Below are positions 1 to 8,086 of a stretch of 64,000 bases of DNA, piece after piece. The DNA is from an uncultured virus (IMG/VR IMGVR_UViG_3300042276_000285). Taxonomy: Duplodnaviria > Heunggongvirae > Uroviricota > Caudoviricetes. Location: IMG/VR virus record IMGVR_UViG_3300042276_000285. One strand, given 5' to 3'. The notes below the pieces were generated by a model. It worked only from the letters and a program-made list of their open reading frames with translations, was not told the origin of the DNA and ran no database searches. The translations under genes were made by a program, and so were the position numbers. How positions within the stretch are numbered: the stretch's first letter is position 1; the number at the start of each line of letters is the position of its first letter.

Positions 1-26
1 CTAATTGGTTTTAATAATAGTTAGCG
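1..26 (+). other. attI-like proximal recombination site of array 1 (may extend left of window)
   Basis: CTAATTGGTTTTAATAATAG|TTAGCGG. Nt 1-23 are the exact reverse complement of 41969-41991 at the end of array 2; no hairpin arm precedes this GTT. Confidence 0.7.
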
Positions 27-809
27 GTAATGCGAACCAAACACATCATCCACCGCTATGTTATAATATTCCTTTTCCTTTTCAATCCCAATAAATCTTC
101 TGTTCAAATCCTTAGCACCTAAACAAGTTGTCCCACTACCCATTGTGTTATCAAGTACATACTCGTTTTCTTCACTATATGCAGTAATCAACCACTTTAT
201 TAAATCCAAAGGTTTTTGAGTTGGGTGCTTTTGGTCTTGTCTTCTCCATTGTTGTGGATAGTCAAGTACAGTAATTGGGTGTCTTGTTCCTTTATTGTCA
301 GTCTGCACCCCTTTTATTCCGTACTTCATATTGTTTTGTTTGTTTGGTGTCCATTTACGTTTATACGGCTTTCCTTCCGTAAGTTGTGGTAAGTAATAAC
401 TTGCACTTTCACCAAATACTAATATCATTTCGTGTTTTTTAAGTGGCATATATTTAGCGGTAAAAGGGCTTCCACACTTACTTTTCTTCCAAACCATATC
501 GTATCTAAATAACCTTTCGTTACTAAGCGCAAGTTTAAAAGCAAACATTCCAGCACCAAACAAAACAATATTTCCCTTTGGTTTTAATATGCGTTCATAT
601 TCAACCCACAACTTGTTTAGGTCTAAAACACTATCCCATTTATTTGCAGTCGTTCCATAAGGCAAGTCAGCCAAAATAAGTTGAACAGATTTATTGGGTA
701 TCAAAGGAAGAATATCCATACAATCCGCATTGAACAAAGCACTACCGCCAACATTGGCTATATGTAATGCCTTATTTCCTGATTCGTATTTAAGTTTTTC
801 TATATCCAT
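21..809 (-). CDS. DNA methyltransferase, N6-A/N4-C family (beta class)
   Basis: DLPYG motif IV, HPTQKP, VLDNTMGSGTT SAM-binding motif, FIGIEKE. The start lies in the attC1 loop and the stop is the TAA of the core at 20-23. Confidence 0.9.
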   Translation of the reverse strand: MDIEKLKYESGNKALHIANVGGSALFNADCMDILPLIPNKSVQLILADLPYGTTANKWDSVLDLNKLWVEYERILKPKGNIVLFGAGMFAFKLALSNERLFRYDMVWKKSKCGSPFTAKYMPLKKHEMILVFGESASYYLPQLTEGKPYKRKWTPNKQNNMKYGIKGVQTDNKGTRHPITVLDYPQQWRRQDQKHPTQKPLDLIKWLITAYSEENEYVLDNTMGSGTTCLGAKDLNRRFIGIEKEKEYYNIAVDDVFGSHYR

Positions 810-876
810 AAGCTCCTACTTCGTATTAATTTTTTTGGTAGTTTATCGGCACTACACATAGCCCTATCCGTTATAC
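746..876 (+). repeat. attC-like site 1 (131 bp)
   Basis: CGCCAACattGGCTATATGTAATGCC ... GGCACTACACATAGCCctatccGTTATAC. Confidence 0.85.
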
Positions 877-958
877 CTCATTGCGCCAAAAAAATTGTAA
901 ATAAATTTGAAAGCTAAATACATGGCGCAACGCACGCAAAACAGAAAAAGTTTTGCTG

Positions 959-1952
959 GTATAACACCATGTATATTTTATAGCTGTATCGTTCATTTAT
1001 TAGGCGTTTCTGCGTAAATCCGTTTTAATAATTTTCCCACCGCACATTAGTTTTTTCAAAACTATTTGGATTCAGATATTTCTTTTATGGAGTTTTCCCA
1101 TTTTTCAATTGATTCCTGATAGCTTTTAATGTTTTTTGTTAAGCTATCAATAGACCTATGTTTAAGGTCGTTTAACTTTTCGGCATCTAATTTTATTCCA
1201 TATTTTTCAGCTAATTTTTTATCATCTGCCGATATTTTATCTTTTTCAGACAATATGCTTTCGAGTTTTGCAATGGCTTCTTCTTTAGTATGAAATGGAA
1301 TAAACTTTTTATGTCCGCCGGAATAATCATAATAATCTCCAATAGCATATGTAAATGAACCGTCATCTTTACCAAAAAATGAAATCAATCTCAATCTTTC
1401 CTCATAGCTTTCGTTAAATTCAGCCATATCCATGATTTTCAAATCATATCCAGTAACAAGAATATACTTTATGTCGCCACAGATATAATCAGCCATTAAA
1501 TCAAATGTTTCAGGCTTAATTTTATCAATAGCAGACTTTATATATTCTATTTTATTTCTAAATTCTTTTGTTATCTCTCTATGTCTTTTTTCTAAACGAG
1601 ACATTTCGTCTAATCTTTGATTATACTCTTTTTTATAACGTTCTTCAACTTCTTTAATCCGTTTTTCTTGCCATGAAACAGCGGGAAAATCATGCAAACT
1701 TCTAACAACGAAGTTTTCACCAGAAGGAACTTCCTGATTATTTACTATAAAAACTTCCTGCACTATCTTTTCTTGTGCATTAAGATTTCCAATAACTACT
1801 ACTTTTTTACCGTCTGTTGTGTACTTAAATTCATTCATTGTTTTATATTTTAAAGTTTAAAAAATCCCTCTCAAAAATTATTAAAACTACGTCAGTTTTT
1901 CATTGAACATTCTGCATTAATCACGCTACAAAACATACATTTTCCGTTACCT
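959..1952 (+). repeat. attC-like site 2, loop expanded by a whole gene
   Basis: Arms ATGTATATTTTATAGC / GCTACAAAACATACAT; inner IR TTTTAATAATTTT / AAAATTATTAAAA. Confidence 0.8.
1062..1838 (-). CDS. Hypothetical phage protein (coiled-coil rich) inside attC2 loop
   Basis: 258-aa ORF with A/T-rich leader; no recognised motif. Confidence 0.8.
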   Translation of the reverse strand: MNEFKYTTDGKKVVVIGNLNAQEKIVQEVFIVNNQEVPSGENFVVRSLHDFPAVSWQEKRIKEVEERYKKEYNQRLDEMSRLEKRHREITKEFRNKIEYIKSAIDKIKPETFDLMADYICGDIKYILVTGYDLKIMDMAEFNESYEERLRLISFFGKDDGSFTYAIGDYYDYSGGHKKFIPFHTKEEAIAKLESILSEKDKISADDKKLAEKYGIKLDAEKLNDLKHRSIDSLTKNIKSYQESIEKWENSIKEISESK

Positions 1953-1962
1953 GCAATAAAAA

Positions 1963-2169
1963 TTACTTGTCATCTCTTTTAGGGCAAGTATATCTAACAT
2001 CGCCTTGCAAGTATTTAATCGCATTCCAAAGGTCATCTAATACTATTGTGCCAAGTGGTAGTAAGTTCCCTTTTCCATCTTTTACGCCAGATAGATAAAT
2101 AGCCAAGTCTTTTAAACTATCAGTTCCTACTATAATTTTTTCTTGCATTGGTTTGTTGTTATCTTCCAT
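1963..2169 (-). CDS. Hypothetical cassette protein (MEDNNKP...)
   Basis: ORF fills body 1946-2194; ATG at 2169. Confidence 0.65.
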   Translation of the reverse strand: MEDNNKPMQEKIIVGTDSLKDLAIYLSGVKDGKGNLLPLGTIVLDDLWNAIKYLQGDVRYTCPKRDDK

Positions 2170-2187
2170 AATCGTAATTTTAAAAGC

Positions 2188-2317
2188 AGGTAACAACGTG
2201 TATAAAAAATAGCTGTTAAGTGCTTTGGTTAATGTTATTTTATTTTTGTTTACTCTTTTACTAATTCAATTTTTAAGTGTGTTAAAACGCTACATTTCAT
2301 ACACAAATACGTTGTGC
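2188..2317 (+). repeat. attC-like site 3 (130 bp)
   Basis: GTGTATAAAAAATAGC / GCTACATTTCATACAC arms, GTT at 2311. Confidence 0.8.
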
Positions 2318-2332
2318 TTCATTAAAACGAAA

Positions 2333-3175
2333 GCACAACATGCAATATAAAACATGCTTAGTGTAGTGCTTCGTTTCAATGTTTCTACAAGTTTGACCAT
2401 AATTAAATATTTTTTTGCCCGCCCGCTTTGGTTTTTTCAAAACCATTAGGTTTTCGTAGTTTTGCAACAAATTCAAATCCAGTTCTTACATTGCCGTTTT
2501 GTCCAAACCCATTGCCATTAGTTTGTACTTGTCTTACTTCTTCAAGCATAAAACCTATCTCAATTAAAATTTTAATATGCCAAGAAAAAGCATCCACAAT
2601 CTTTCCTTTTCGTATATGGTTCTTAAAATTTAGTATAAACAACCCATCTTTTTTCAAAACCCGATACGCCTCTTTCCATGCTTTAATGTGTAAATTCCGA
2701 TAATCTTCGCCCCATTGCATTTTACCGCTATTATTATCGTTAAGAGTTCTACCCAACTTATGTGTGTATGTATTCCTACTACTTCCGTCATTAGCATTGT
2801 GGCAATCTGCCATTCTGTTGCCATATGTTGGGCTTGTGCATATTGCATCAAATTCGCAATTCGCAAATTGCAAATCCGTAGCATCTCCAACAATAGTTCC
2901 TTCTTGCATACCCGCCCATTCTGGTTCAATTTCAACACCTATTGTATCAAAAGGCAAGCTATGTATCTTTCCTGTCCCAGCGAACGGGTCTAAAACAGTC
3001 TTGCATCCTTGAAGCATTTCTTCAAATACTGGTAAAAGTGCATCTGTATATTTAGCTGGGTGCTTTGGTTTATTCATAAAAATCCCTCCCTAAAAAATAT
3101 TTAATTATTACCGTTGTGCTTCGCATCATAGTTTCTGCGTAATTGTCGCACGTTTCATATTGCTGTCCGTTATGT
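2333..3175 (+). repeat. attC-like site 4, loop holds a methyltransferase gene
   Basis: GCAATATAAAACATGC / GCACGTTTCATATTGC arms, GTT at 3169. Confidence 0.8.
2403..3077 (-). CDS. DNA methyltransferase (probable N4-C/N6-A)
   Basis: HPAKY, VLDPFAGTG motif I, TSPTY motif IV, YRVLKKDG. Confidence 0.85.
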   Translation of the reverse strand: MNKPKHPAKYTDALLPVFEEMLQGCKTVLDPFAGTGKIHSLPFDTIGVEIEPEWAGMQEGTIVGDATDLQFANCEFDAICTSPTYGNRMADCHNANDGSSRNTYTHKLGRTLNDNNSGKMQWGEDYRNLHIKAWKEAYRVLKKDGLFILNFKNHIRKGKIVDAFSWHIKILIEIGFMLEEVRQVQTNGNGFGQNGNVRTGFEFVAKLRKPNGFEKTKAGGQKNI

Positions 3176-3415
3176 GGCATTTGTTTCAATCTTCCAGTAC
3201 ATACTACAATAATCAGGGTAAAGTGGCTTTTCTTTTGCAGAATGTTCACCGCTAAACACCTTCATTTCTGTATGGTCAAGAAAGTCTTTCATAAAATAAT
3301 GTTCACCACTTTCGTAATCTTTTTCAGTCTTGTAAGCACAAAAACGCCACATAACAACAGGTATAGTTAATGCTCGTTCTTCTGCTAAGTCGTAATATTT
3401 TTTCTTTTTACTCAT
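3170..3415 (-). CDS. Hypothetical protein crossing attC5/body junction
   Basis: Starts in attC5 loop, GTT core read as Val, stop at next core. Confidence 0.6.
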   Translation of the reverse strand: MSKKKKYYDLAEERALTIPVVMWRFCAYKTEKDYESGEHYFMKDFLDHTEMKVFSGEHSAKEKPLYPDYCSMYWKIETNAT

Positions 3416-3479
3416 TTCTATTTTTAATTAAAGTGAATACTTCTATGGTCGCACTAATCATACCTGTGGTACGTTAGCA
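3349..3479 (+). repeat. attC-like site 5 (131 bp)
   Basis: ACAGGTATAGTTAATGC / GCACTAATCATACCTGT arms. Confidence 0.8.
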
Positions 3480-3485
3480 GTAATA

Positions 3486-4247
3486 CTACATTCCATCTCC
3501 GAATGAAGTTATCACATTAAATTCTTTTTCTTTTCTTTTTTCTTCCACCCTCTTTTTTGAATTAGTAAAATGTTCTAATTCTTTTTCAATGCCAATGAAA
3601 TTTCTATCAGTATTTATACAAGCAATTCCTGTTGAACAACTCCCCATCGTATTATCTAGTACCAAGTCATTTTCATCAGTATATGTTTTGATAAGATATT
3701 CCAACAAATCAACAGGTTTTTCAGAACTATGTAATCTACTGTAATTATCTACACACTTAAACTCTAAAATGTTTGTTGGAAATCTTGTTGTTTTACCACC
3801 TTCGTAATCTCTTGTATTTGTTCCGTGATATGCTTTTCCATTACTGCAACCTTTTGCACTATTTGTTGGTATGTGTCCATCTGTTATTTGTGGATAGTAT
3901 TTACCTTTTTTGAAAATACATATTTCTTCAATTTTTCTAATTGGCATTCGTTTAGCGTGAAAGAAATTAGTTCCTTGATTTTTCAACCAATACCAACAAT
4001 ATCTAAAATCCTTTTCATTGCTTGAAATTATTTTGGTTGTAAATGGCTGTGAAGCAAATAAAGCAATCGTTCCGTTTTTCTTTATTATTCGGTTGTATTG
4101 TTTCCAAAGTTCAATCATATCAATATGTTCATCCCATTTTGGTGCTGTCATCCCATAAGGTAAATCACAACAAATAAAATCAATACTTTTATCAGGTATC
4201 AATTTCATTTGTTCTATTGTATCTCCGTATCTTAAATCTATTGTCAT
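3486..4247 (-). CDS. DNA methyltransferase, N6-A/N4-C family (paralogue of 21..809)
   Basis: DLPYG, HSSEKP, VLDNTMGS, FIGIEKE. Confidence 0.9.
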   Translation of the reverse strand: MTIDLRYGDTIEQMKLIPDKSIDFICCDLPYGMTAPKWDEHIDMIELWKQYNRIIKKNGTIALFASQPFTTKIISSNEKDFRYCWYWLKNQGTNFFHAKRMPIRKIEEICIFKKGKYYPQITDGHIPTNSAKGCSNGKAYHGTNTRDYEGGKTTRFPTNILEFKCVDNYSRLHSSEKPVDLLEYLIKTYTDENDLVLDNTMGSCSTGIACINTDRNFIGIEKELEHFTNSKKRVEEKRKEKEFNVITSFGDGM

Positions 4248-4338
4248 AATTTTATTTTAATATTTTACCACCACACAAAAAAGAAAAGAAAAAGGTTCTG
4301 TTCTTCGATTGAGTATTTGTGGTTTAAATCCGTACTAC

Positions 4339-4432
4339 TGCTAACAGCGTATATAAGAAATGGCACATAAACATTTGTGCTAAATTTCAAGTTCGTGCAA
4401 GTGCCACTTCTCATATACGCAAACCGTTAGCG
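4339..4432 (+). repeat. attC-like site 6 (94 bp)
   Basis: GCGTATATAAGAAATGGCAC / GTGCCACTTCTCATATACGC arms. Confidence 0.9.
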
Positions 4433-4433
4433 G

Positions 4434-4847
4434 TCAGTTTTTTACCTTTAAATAATAAGCATACAACTCCTCTGTTGTCAAATGACCAACCGTGTGAATA
4501 TACCAACTACCACCCCTGTATCTAAACCAGCTATCAGCTTGCATTTTTTTAGCAATCCAGTCTGCGAACAAAACCGAACCGCTAACATTGTGCAAATGTA
4601 AACCGCTCGCTTCGTTGTTGCGTTCAGCCTCCGCGCGTTCTAAAAAATCATTCTCAAAATATTTTTTAATCTTTTTGCGCTCAGATGTTTTTAATTTAGT
4701 TATTTGTTTTTTGTGATATCCGGCTGTATAGTATTTGCCATTCCTTTTTACAGAATCGACAGTATATTCTAAAATTTTGTCGTTTATAATAATTGTAACA
4801 TCATGTGTAAATGTTTTTACTCTTTCTTTAAAATAAGTTATTTCCAT
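4434..4847 (-). CDS. Hypothetical fusion protein (attC7 loop + body)
   Basis: Junction peptide GLHLHNVSGS. Confidence 0.7.
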   Translation of the reverse strand: MEITYFKERVKTFTHDVTIIINDKILEYTVDSVKRNGKYYTAGYHKKQITKLKTSERKKIKKYFENDFLERAEAERNNEASGLHLHNVSGSVLFADWIAKKMQADSWFRYRGGSWYIHTVGHLTTEELYAYYLKVKN

Positions 4848-4932
4848 CGCGCGTTAATTTATAGTTTCGTAACTCGTATCAATGTTCATCTGTAATTCAA
4901 TAGCGGTCAGCACTTGCACTTTGCCGTTATAG
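4580..4932 (+). repeat. attC-like site 7
   Basis: GTGCAAATGTAAACCGCT / AGCGGTCAGCACTTGCAC arms. Confidence 0.8.
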
Positions 4933-5442
4933 TGCATTGCCCACCCGCTCAAAAACGAATTGCTTCGGAAGTAAATTTGAGCATAGGTAAATACTTTTAA
5001 ATGGTACGCCCTTTAGTTCTATTCCTGTCTTTATATAATCAATTCGTTTATCAAACACCATTATTTCAAATTTGTGGGTACTTAATAGTCCGTACCGCTT
5101 TTTGCTATCAAATAAACCTGCTTCATTAATCAACATTGCAAATGGTTTATTAAGTCCAAACAACCGTTCTAAAATCGGTTCTCGTAGGCTGTATGGTGGG
5201 TTACTTATAATTAGGTCGTAATTTTGTTCAGGTTCATACTCGAAAAAGTCTTTCCCTTCGTCAATATGTGAGTGTATAACATTATGGCTTTCACTCAGTA
5301 GTTTCACAAAATTACTTTCGTTCGTATCAAACGGACACCAAACGGTTGTTTTCGGTGGTAAATATGGTAAAAGCGGTACTATTGCGTAATCTTTAGTATA
5401 GTACTCATCGGCTTTGTTCTGTTTAAATTGGTGATTTGCCAT
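4927..5442 (-). CDS. Small phage adenine DNA methyltransferase
   Basis: DEYYT, VWCPFD, GKDFF, IISNPPYS motifs. Confidence 0.8.
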   Translation of the reverse strand: MANHQFKQNKADEYYTKDYAIVPLLPYLPPKTTVWCPFDTNESNFVKLLSESHNVIHSHIDEGKDFFEYEPEQNYDLIISNPPYSLREPILERLFGLNKPFAMLINEAGLFDSKKRYGLLSTHKFEIMVFDKRIDYIKTGIELKGVPFKSIYLCSNLLPKQFVFERVGNAL

Positions 5443-5456
5443 CGCTCAAAAACGCA

Positions 5457-5586
5457 CTATAACAATTTATATAAGTAATAGCCGTTGTAGTGCAATTATT
5501 AGGGCTTATTACTCTGTTTAACATTTGCAATTATTTCAAAGTTCGTGTTTCAAATCGGCTACTACTCATATAAGTATCCGTTATAA
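5457..5586 (+). repeat. attC-like site 8 (130 bp)
   Basis: TTATATAAGTAATAGCCG / CGGCTACTACTCATATAA arms. Confidence 0.85.
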
Positions 5587-5592
5587 AACATT

Positions 5593-5727
5593 TTAAGACA
5601 CATCATATGTCGAAAAATATTCACCATCTATATAAACTATTGCTTCATTTTCACGGTACTTTATTTTAATGTTTGAGCCGTAATTTAACTTTTCTCTGAG
5701 TAATTTAAGTAAGTCTTCTAAATACAT
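5593..5727 (-). CDS. Small hypothetical cassette protein (44 aa, MYLEDLLK...)
   Basis: Translated by hand; fills body 5580-5746. Confidence 0.55.
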   Translation of the reverse strand: MYLEDLLKLLREKLNYGSNIKIKYRENEAIVYIDGEYFSTYDVS

Positions 5728-5739
5728 AATAAAAACGTT

Positions 5740-5835
5740 TTATAACAAAAGCTATAAACAAAAAGCCTCTGTTTGGTTTGTACTTTTAATTATATTTTAT
5801 GGTTCGGCTTTCAGTTCATAGCCAAGCCGTTAGCG
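5740..5835 (+). repeat. attC-like site 9 (96 bp)
   Basis: GCTATAAACAAAAAGCC / GGCTTTCAGTTCATAGC arms. Confidence 0.85.
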
Positions 5836-6123
5836 TTCAGTTTGCCGATTATTGCAAATTTTCCAAATTGTTCCGTTCAGACATTTTCCATTGTATTGGT
5901 CTAAGCATGGTCTGTAATGGCAAACCGCATCGCTAACATGCGGTTTATTGCAGTTGCTCAGCTCGTCCGAACTTTTTGCCAACGCGCGGGGAAGCCATTC
6001 AAAACTTATAACCGAATCAACTCTTTTTTGTCCCTGTTTTTCGTACCAGTCAAATAGCTGGTCTTCCTCGGTTTGCGTTTCTGGTGTAATATGTGGCACA
6101 TTATCTGTAAATTGTATTTTCAT
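5830..6123 (-). CDS. Hypothetical fusion protein with Cys-rich C-terminus
   Basis: Junction peptide NCNKPHVSDA. Confidence 0.65.
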   Translation of the reverse strand: MKIQFTDNVPHITPETQTEEDQLFDWYEKQGQKRVDSVISFEWLPRALAKSSDELSNCNKPHVSDAVCHYRPCLDQYNGKCLNGTIWKICNNRQTER

Positions 6124-6212
6124 CCTACGCTCGTATTTTTATGGTTATTTACTCGTATCAACTTATTCGGTTATTGTAGCGGCAACCGACAACAAACCGC
6201 CAGCCGTTAGCA
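5931..6212 (+). repeat. attC-like site 10
   Basis: GCGGTTTATTGCAGTTGC / GCAACCGACAACAAACCGC arms. Confidence 0.8.
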
Positions 6213-6345
6213 ATAATAAAAACTAACAGTATCAATATGTACCGCCTATTTTGTCACTGCCGCAATTTGCACAGCTTGTAAAATTAAAATGTTCTATATT
6301 ATATGGATTCCATTTGTATCCACATTCCATACATTTACAATAGTC

Positions 6346-6519
6346 TTATTTAAAATCGTTTTTACTATTGCTAACATTATGCAAATTTAAATTTTTAATT
6401 TTCCATTCTGCATATTCGTTCATTGCGTTCAATATCGTGGCTTCCTTGCCTATATCTTCCAAACAAGGTTCCCAACTTCTCCAAATTTCAAGCATTTTTA
6501 AAGTGTCGTTTTTACTCAT
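6346..6519 (-). CDS. Small fusion ORF (57 aa) followed in frame by a stop-separated Zn-ribbon module
   Basis: MSKNDTLKM...NLNLHNVSNSKNDFK* then DYCKCMECG...CANCGSD to TGA at 6232. Confidence 0.5.
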   Translation of the reverse strand: MSKNDTLKMLEIWRSWEPCLEDIGKEATILNAMNEYAEWKIKNLNLHNVSNSKNDFK

Positions 6520-6569
6520 AATATTTCAATTTAAAATTAAAAATCAAAACTTGCACTTGTCCGTTAGCA
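6369..6569 (+). repeat. attC-like site 11
   Basis: TGCAAATTTAAATTTTTAATT / AATTAAAAATCAAAACTTGCA arms. Confidence 0.75.
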
Positions 6570-6578
6570 ATCAGTTTG

Positions 6579-6971
6579 CTAACCATCTATTCCACATTTA
6601 ATACACTTTAATGCAAATGGTATGTCAGATTCTTCGTTTGTTGTCCACTCGTGTTCGCAAACCGCCGTTTCGTCATTTATTTGCGCTTCGTGCTTAACGC
6701 CACATTCGCACTCATAAATAACTTTTGTAATCGGGGCTAATTTGTTGCATAAAGGGCAAATAAATTCCTTCACTTTGCTAACACCATGCAAAGGTAATGC
6801 TGCGCTCTCGTCCAAACTGTTTCCCGATGCTCGTTCTAATTCAAGAATATAATTAGCCAAATATTCTCTTTCATTAATCGTTAGAATATCAGCTTTTGTT
6901 TTGCCAATTAAAGCACTCACAATCATTTTTCGTTCCAATCCAAGTTTATTCAATTTGTTAATGTAATCCAT
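6579..6971 (-). CDS. Hypothetical fusion protein with Zn-ribbon C-terminus
   Basis: Junction peptide DESAALPLHGVS; CxxC pairs. Confidence 0.7.
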   Translation of the reverse strand: MDYINKLNKLGLERKMIVSALIGKTKADILTINEREYLANYILELERASGNSLDESAALPLHGVSKVKEFICPLCNKLAPITKVIYECECGVKHEAQINDETAVCEHEWTTNEESDIPFALKCIKCGIDG

Positions 6972-7057
6972 CGCTCGTATTATTTAATCGTTATTTACTC
7001 GTATCTACTTTCGTGCAGCTTTCAGGGCAGCACATACCCTTGCATTTACCGTTAGCA
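6776..7057 (+). repeat. attC-like site 12 (same shell as 35599-35965)
   Basis: ATGCAAAGGTAATGCTGC / GCAGCACATACCCTTGCAT arms. Confidence 0.9.
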
Positions 7058-7063
7058 GTAATG

Positions 7064-7306
7064 CTATTTGTGCTTATCATAAAATTCAATTAAATGATAT
7101 ATGCACTTCGCATCTCCCGTACTGCTAAACATATACTTTTGCCTCAAATATTCAACCATTTCATCAAGACTTAATGTGTTCCAATCAAACATAGGTGAAG
7201 CACTACTGCTAACACCATGTAAAAAACATTGCTCGGCAAGTTTCTTAGCATCTGGCTTTGGTTCACCTATTATAATCACTTTTGGCTTTTTGTCTTTATC
7301 TTTCAT
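7064..7306 (-). CDS. Hypothetical fusion protein
   Basis: Junction peptide CFLHGVSSSA. Confidence 0.65.
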   Translation of the reverse strand: MKDKDKKPKVIIIGEPKPDAKKLAEQCFLHGVSSSASPMFDWNTLSLDEMVEYLRQKYMFSSTGDAKCIYHLIEFYDKHK

Positions 7307-7339
7307 ATCGCAACGATTTTTTACATTTCAACGTTGTAT
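7207..7339 (+). repeat. attC-like site 13 (133 bp)
   Basis: ATGTAAAAAACATTGC / GCAACGATTTTTTACAT arms. Confidence 0.8.
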
Positions 7340-7491
7340 TTCACGGTAAGACCGAGAGGTTCAGAATCTACTTTAAAAATTCTTGTTTTAAAGTAGTGAA
7401 CCGAAGGGATTACGCGACGGTAGGAGCGAGTGAAATACAACGGCTTCGTGTAAACTTGAAATATGTGACCACTTTAACCGGAGCGAGCGCA

Positions 7492-7768
7492 ACACAACAA
7501 AAGTGTAAACGTAATTTCAAACGCGAGCTTAATTTCATTTCAAGTTCCTGTATTGCTCCCAGCCTTTAAAATTGAAATCTCTTTATTCATTCGCTCAATG
7601 CGTACATCGTATTTTTTAACATCGGTCATATAACCTAAATTTTCGTGTACTTTTCTCAATTCAAGTAACCTATCTCTATAAATTTCAAATGTCTTTAATA
7701 TGTCCATGATATTTCAATTTTAAATTCTTTCTCAATCCAGAAACTACGTTTACACGAAGCCGTTAGGC
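7492..7768 (+). repeat. attC-like site 14
   Basis: GTGTAAACGTAATTTC / GAAACTACGTTTACAC arms. Confidence 0.75.
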
Positions 7769-8053
7769 TTCATTTACCTCCGCACTCATAAATAATTCCC
7801 ATGCCTTTTGGTAGTTCTTATGCCACATTTTTTGTAACTCAATATCTTTATCACTCCAATTGTGTTTAGGCTGTAATTCGGCATAAGAATCATCATCCCA
7901 ACCCATTACAACGCCATACATAAAAGCTATCATCTTATCTTCGCTGCAATCTCTGGAGGTAAATGCGAATGTTTCGTGCAACCTTTGTAATGGGTTTGTT
8001 GGCGTTTCCATCTCATCTCTTGTTTGCCATTTTAATTCTGTATTATCTTTCAT
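7763..8053 (-). CDS. Hypothetical cassette protein (MKDNTELK...)
   Basis: ORF between CCWCCGCAC direct repeats; stop in core. Confidence 0.7.
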   Translation of the reverse strand: MKDNTELKWQTRDEMETPTNPLQRLHETFAFTSRDCSEDKMIAFMYGVVMGWDDDSYAELQPKHNWSDKDIELQKMWHKNYQKAWELFMSAEVNEA

Positions 8054-8086
8054 AATATTGTTTTTATCCCACCGCACAAAACGAAA

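Noticed and set aside
4339..4432. Reading the array hairpins as rho-independent terminators or REP elements
   Set aside because: They lack U-tracts, are invariably bounded by AAC/GTT boxes, and body ends complement each other across genes.
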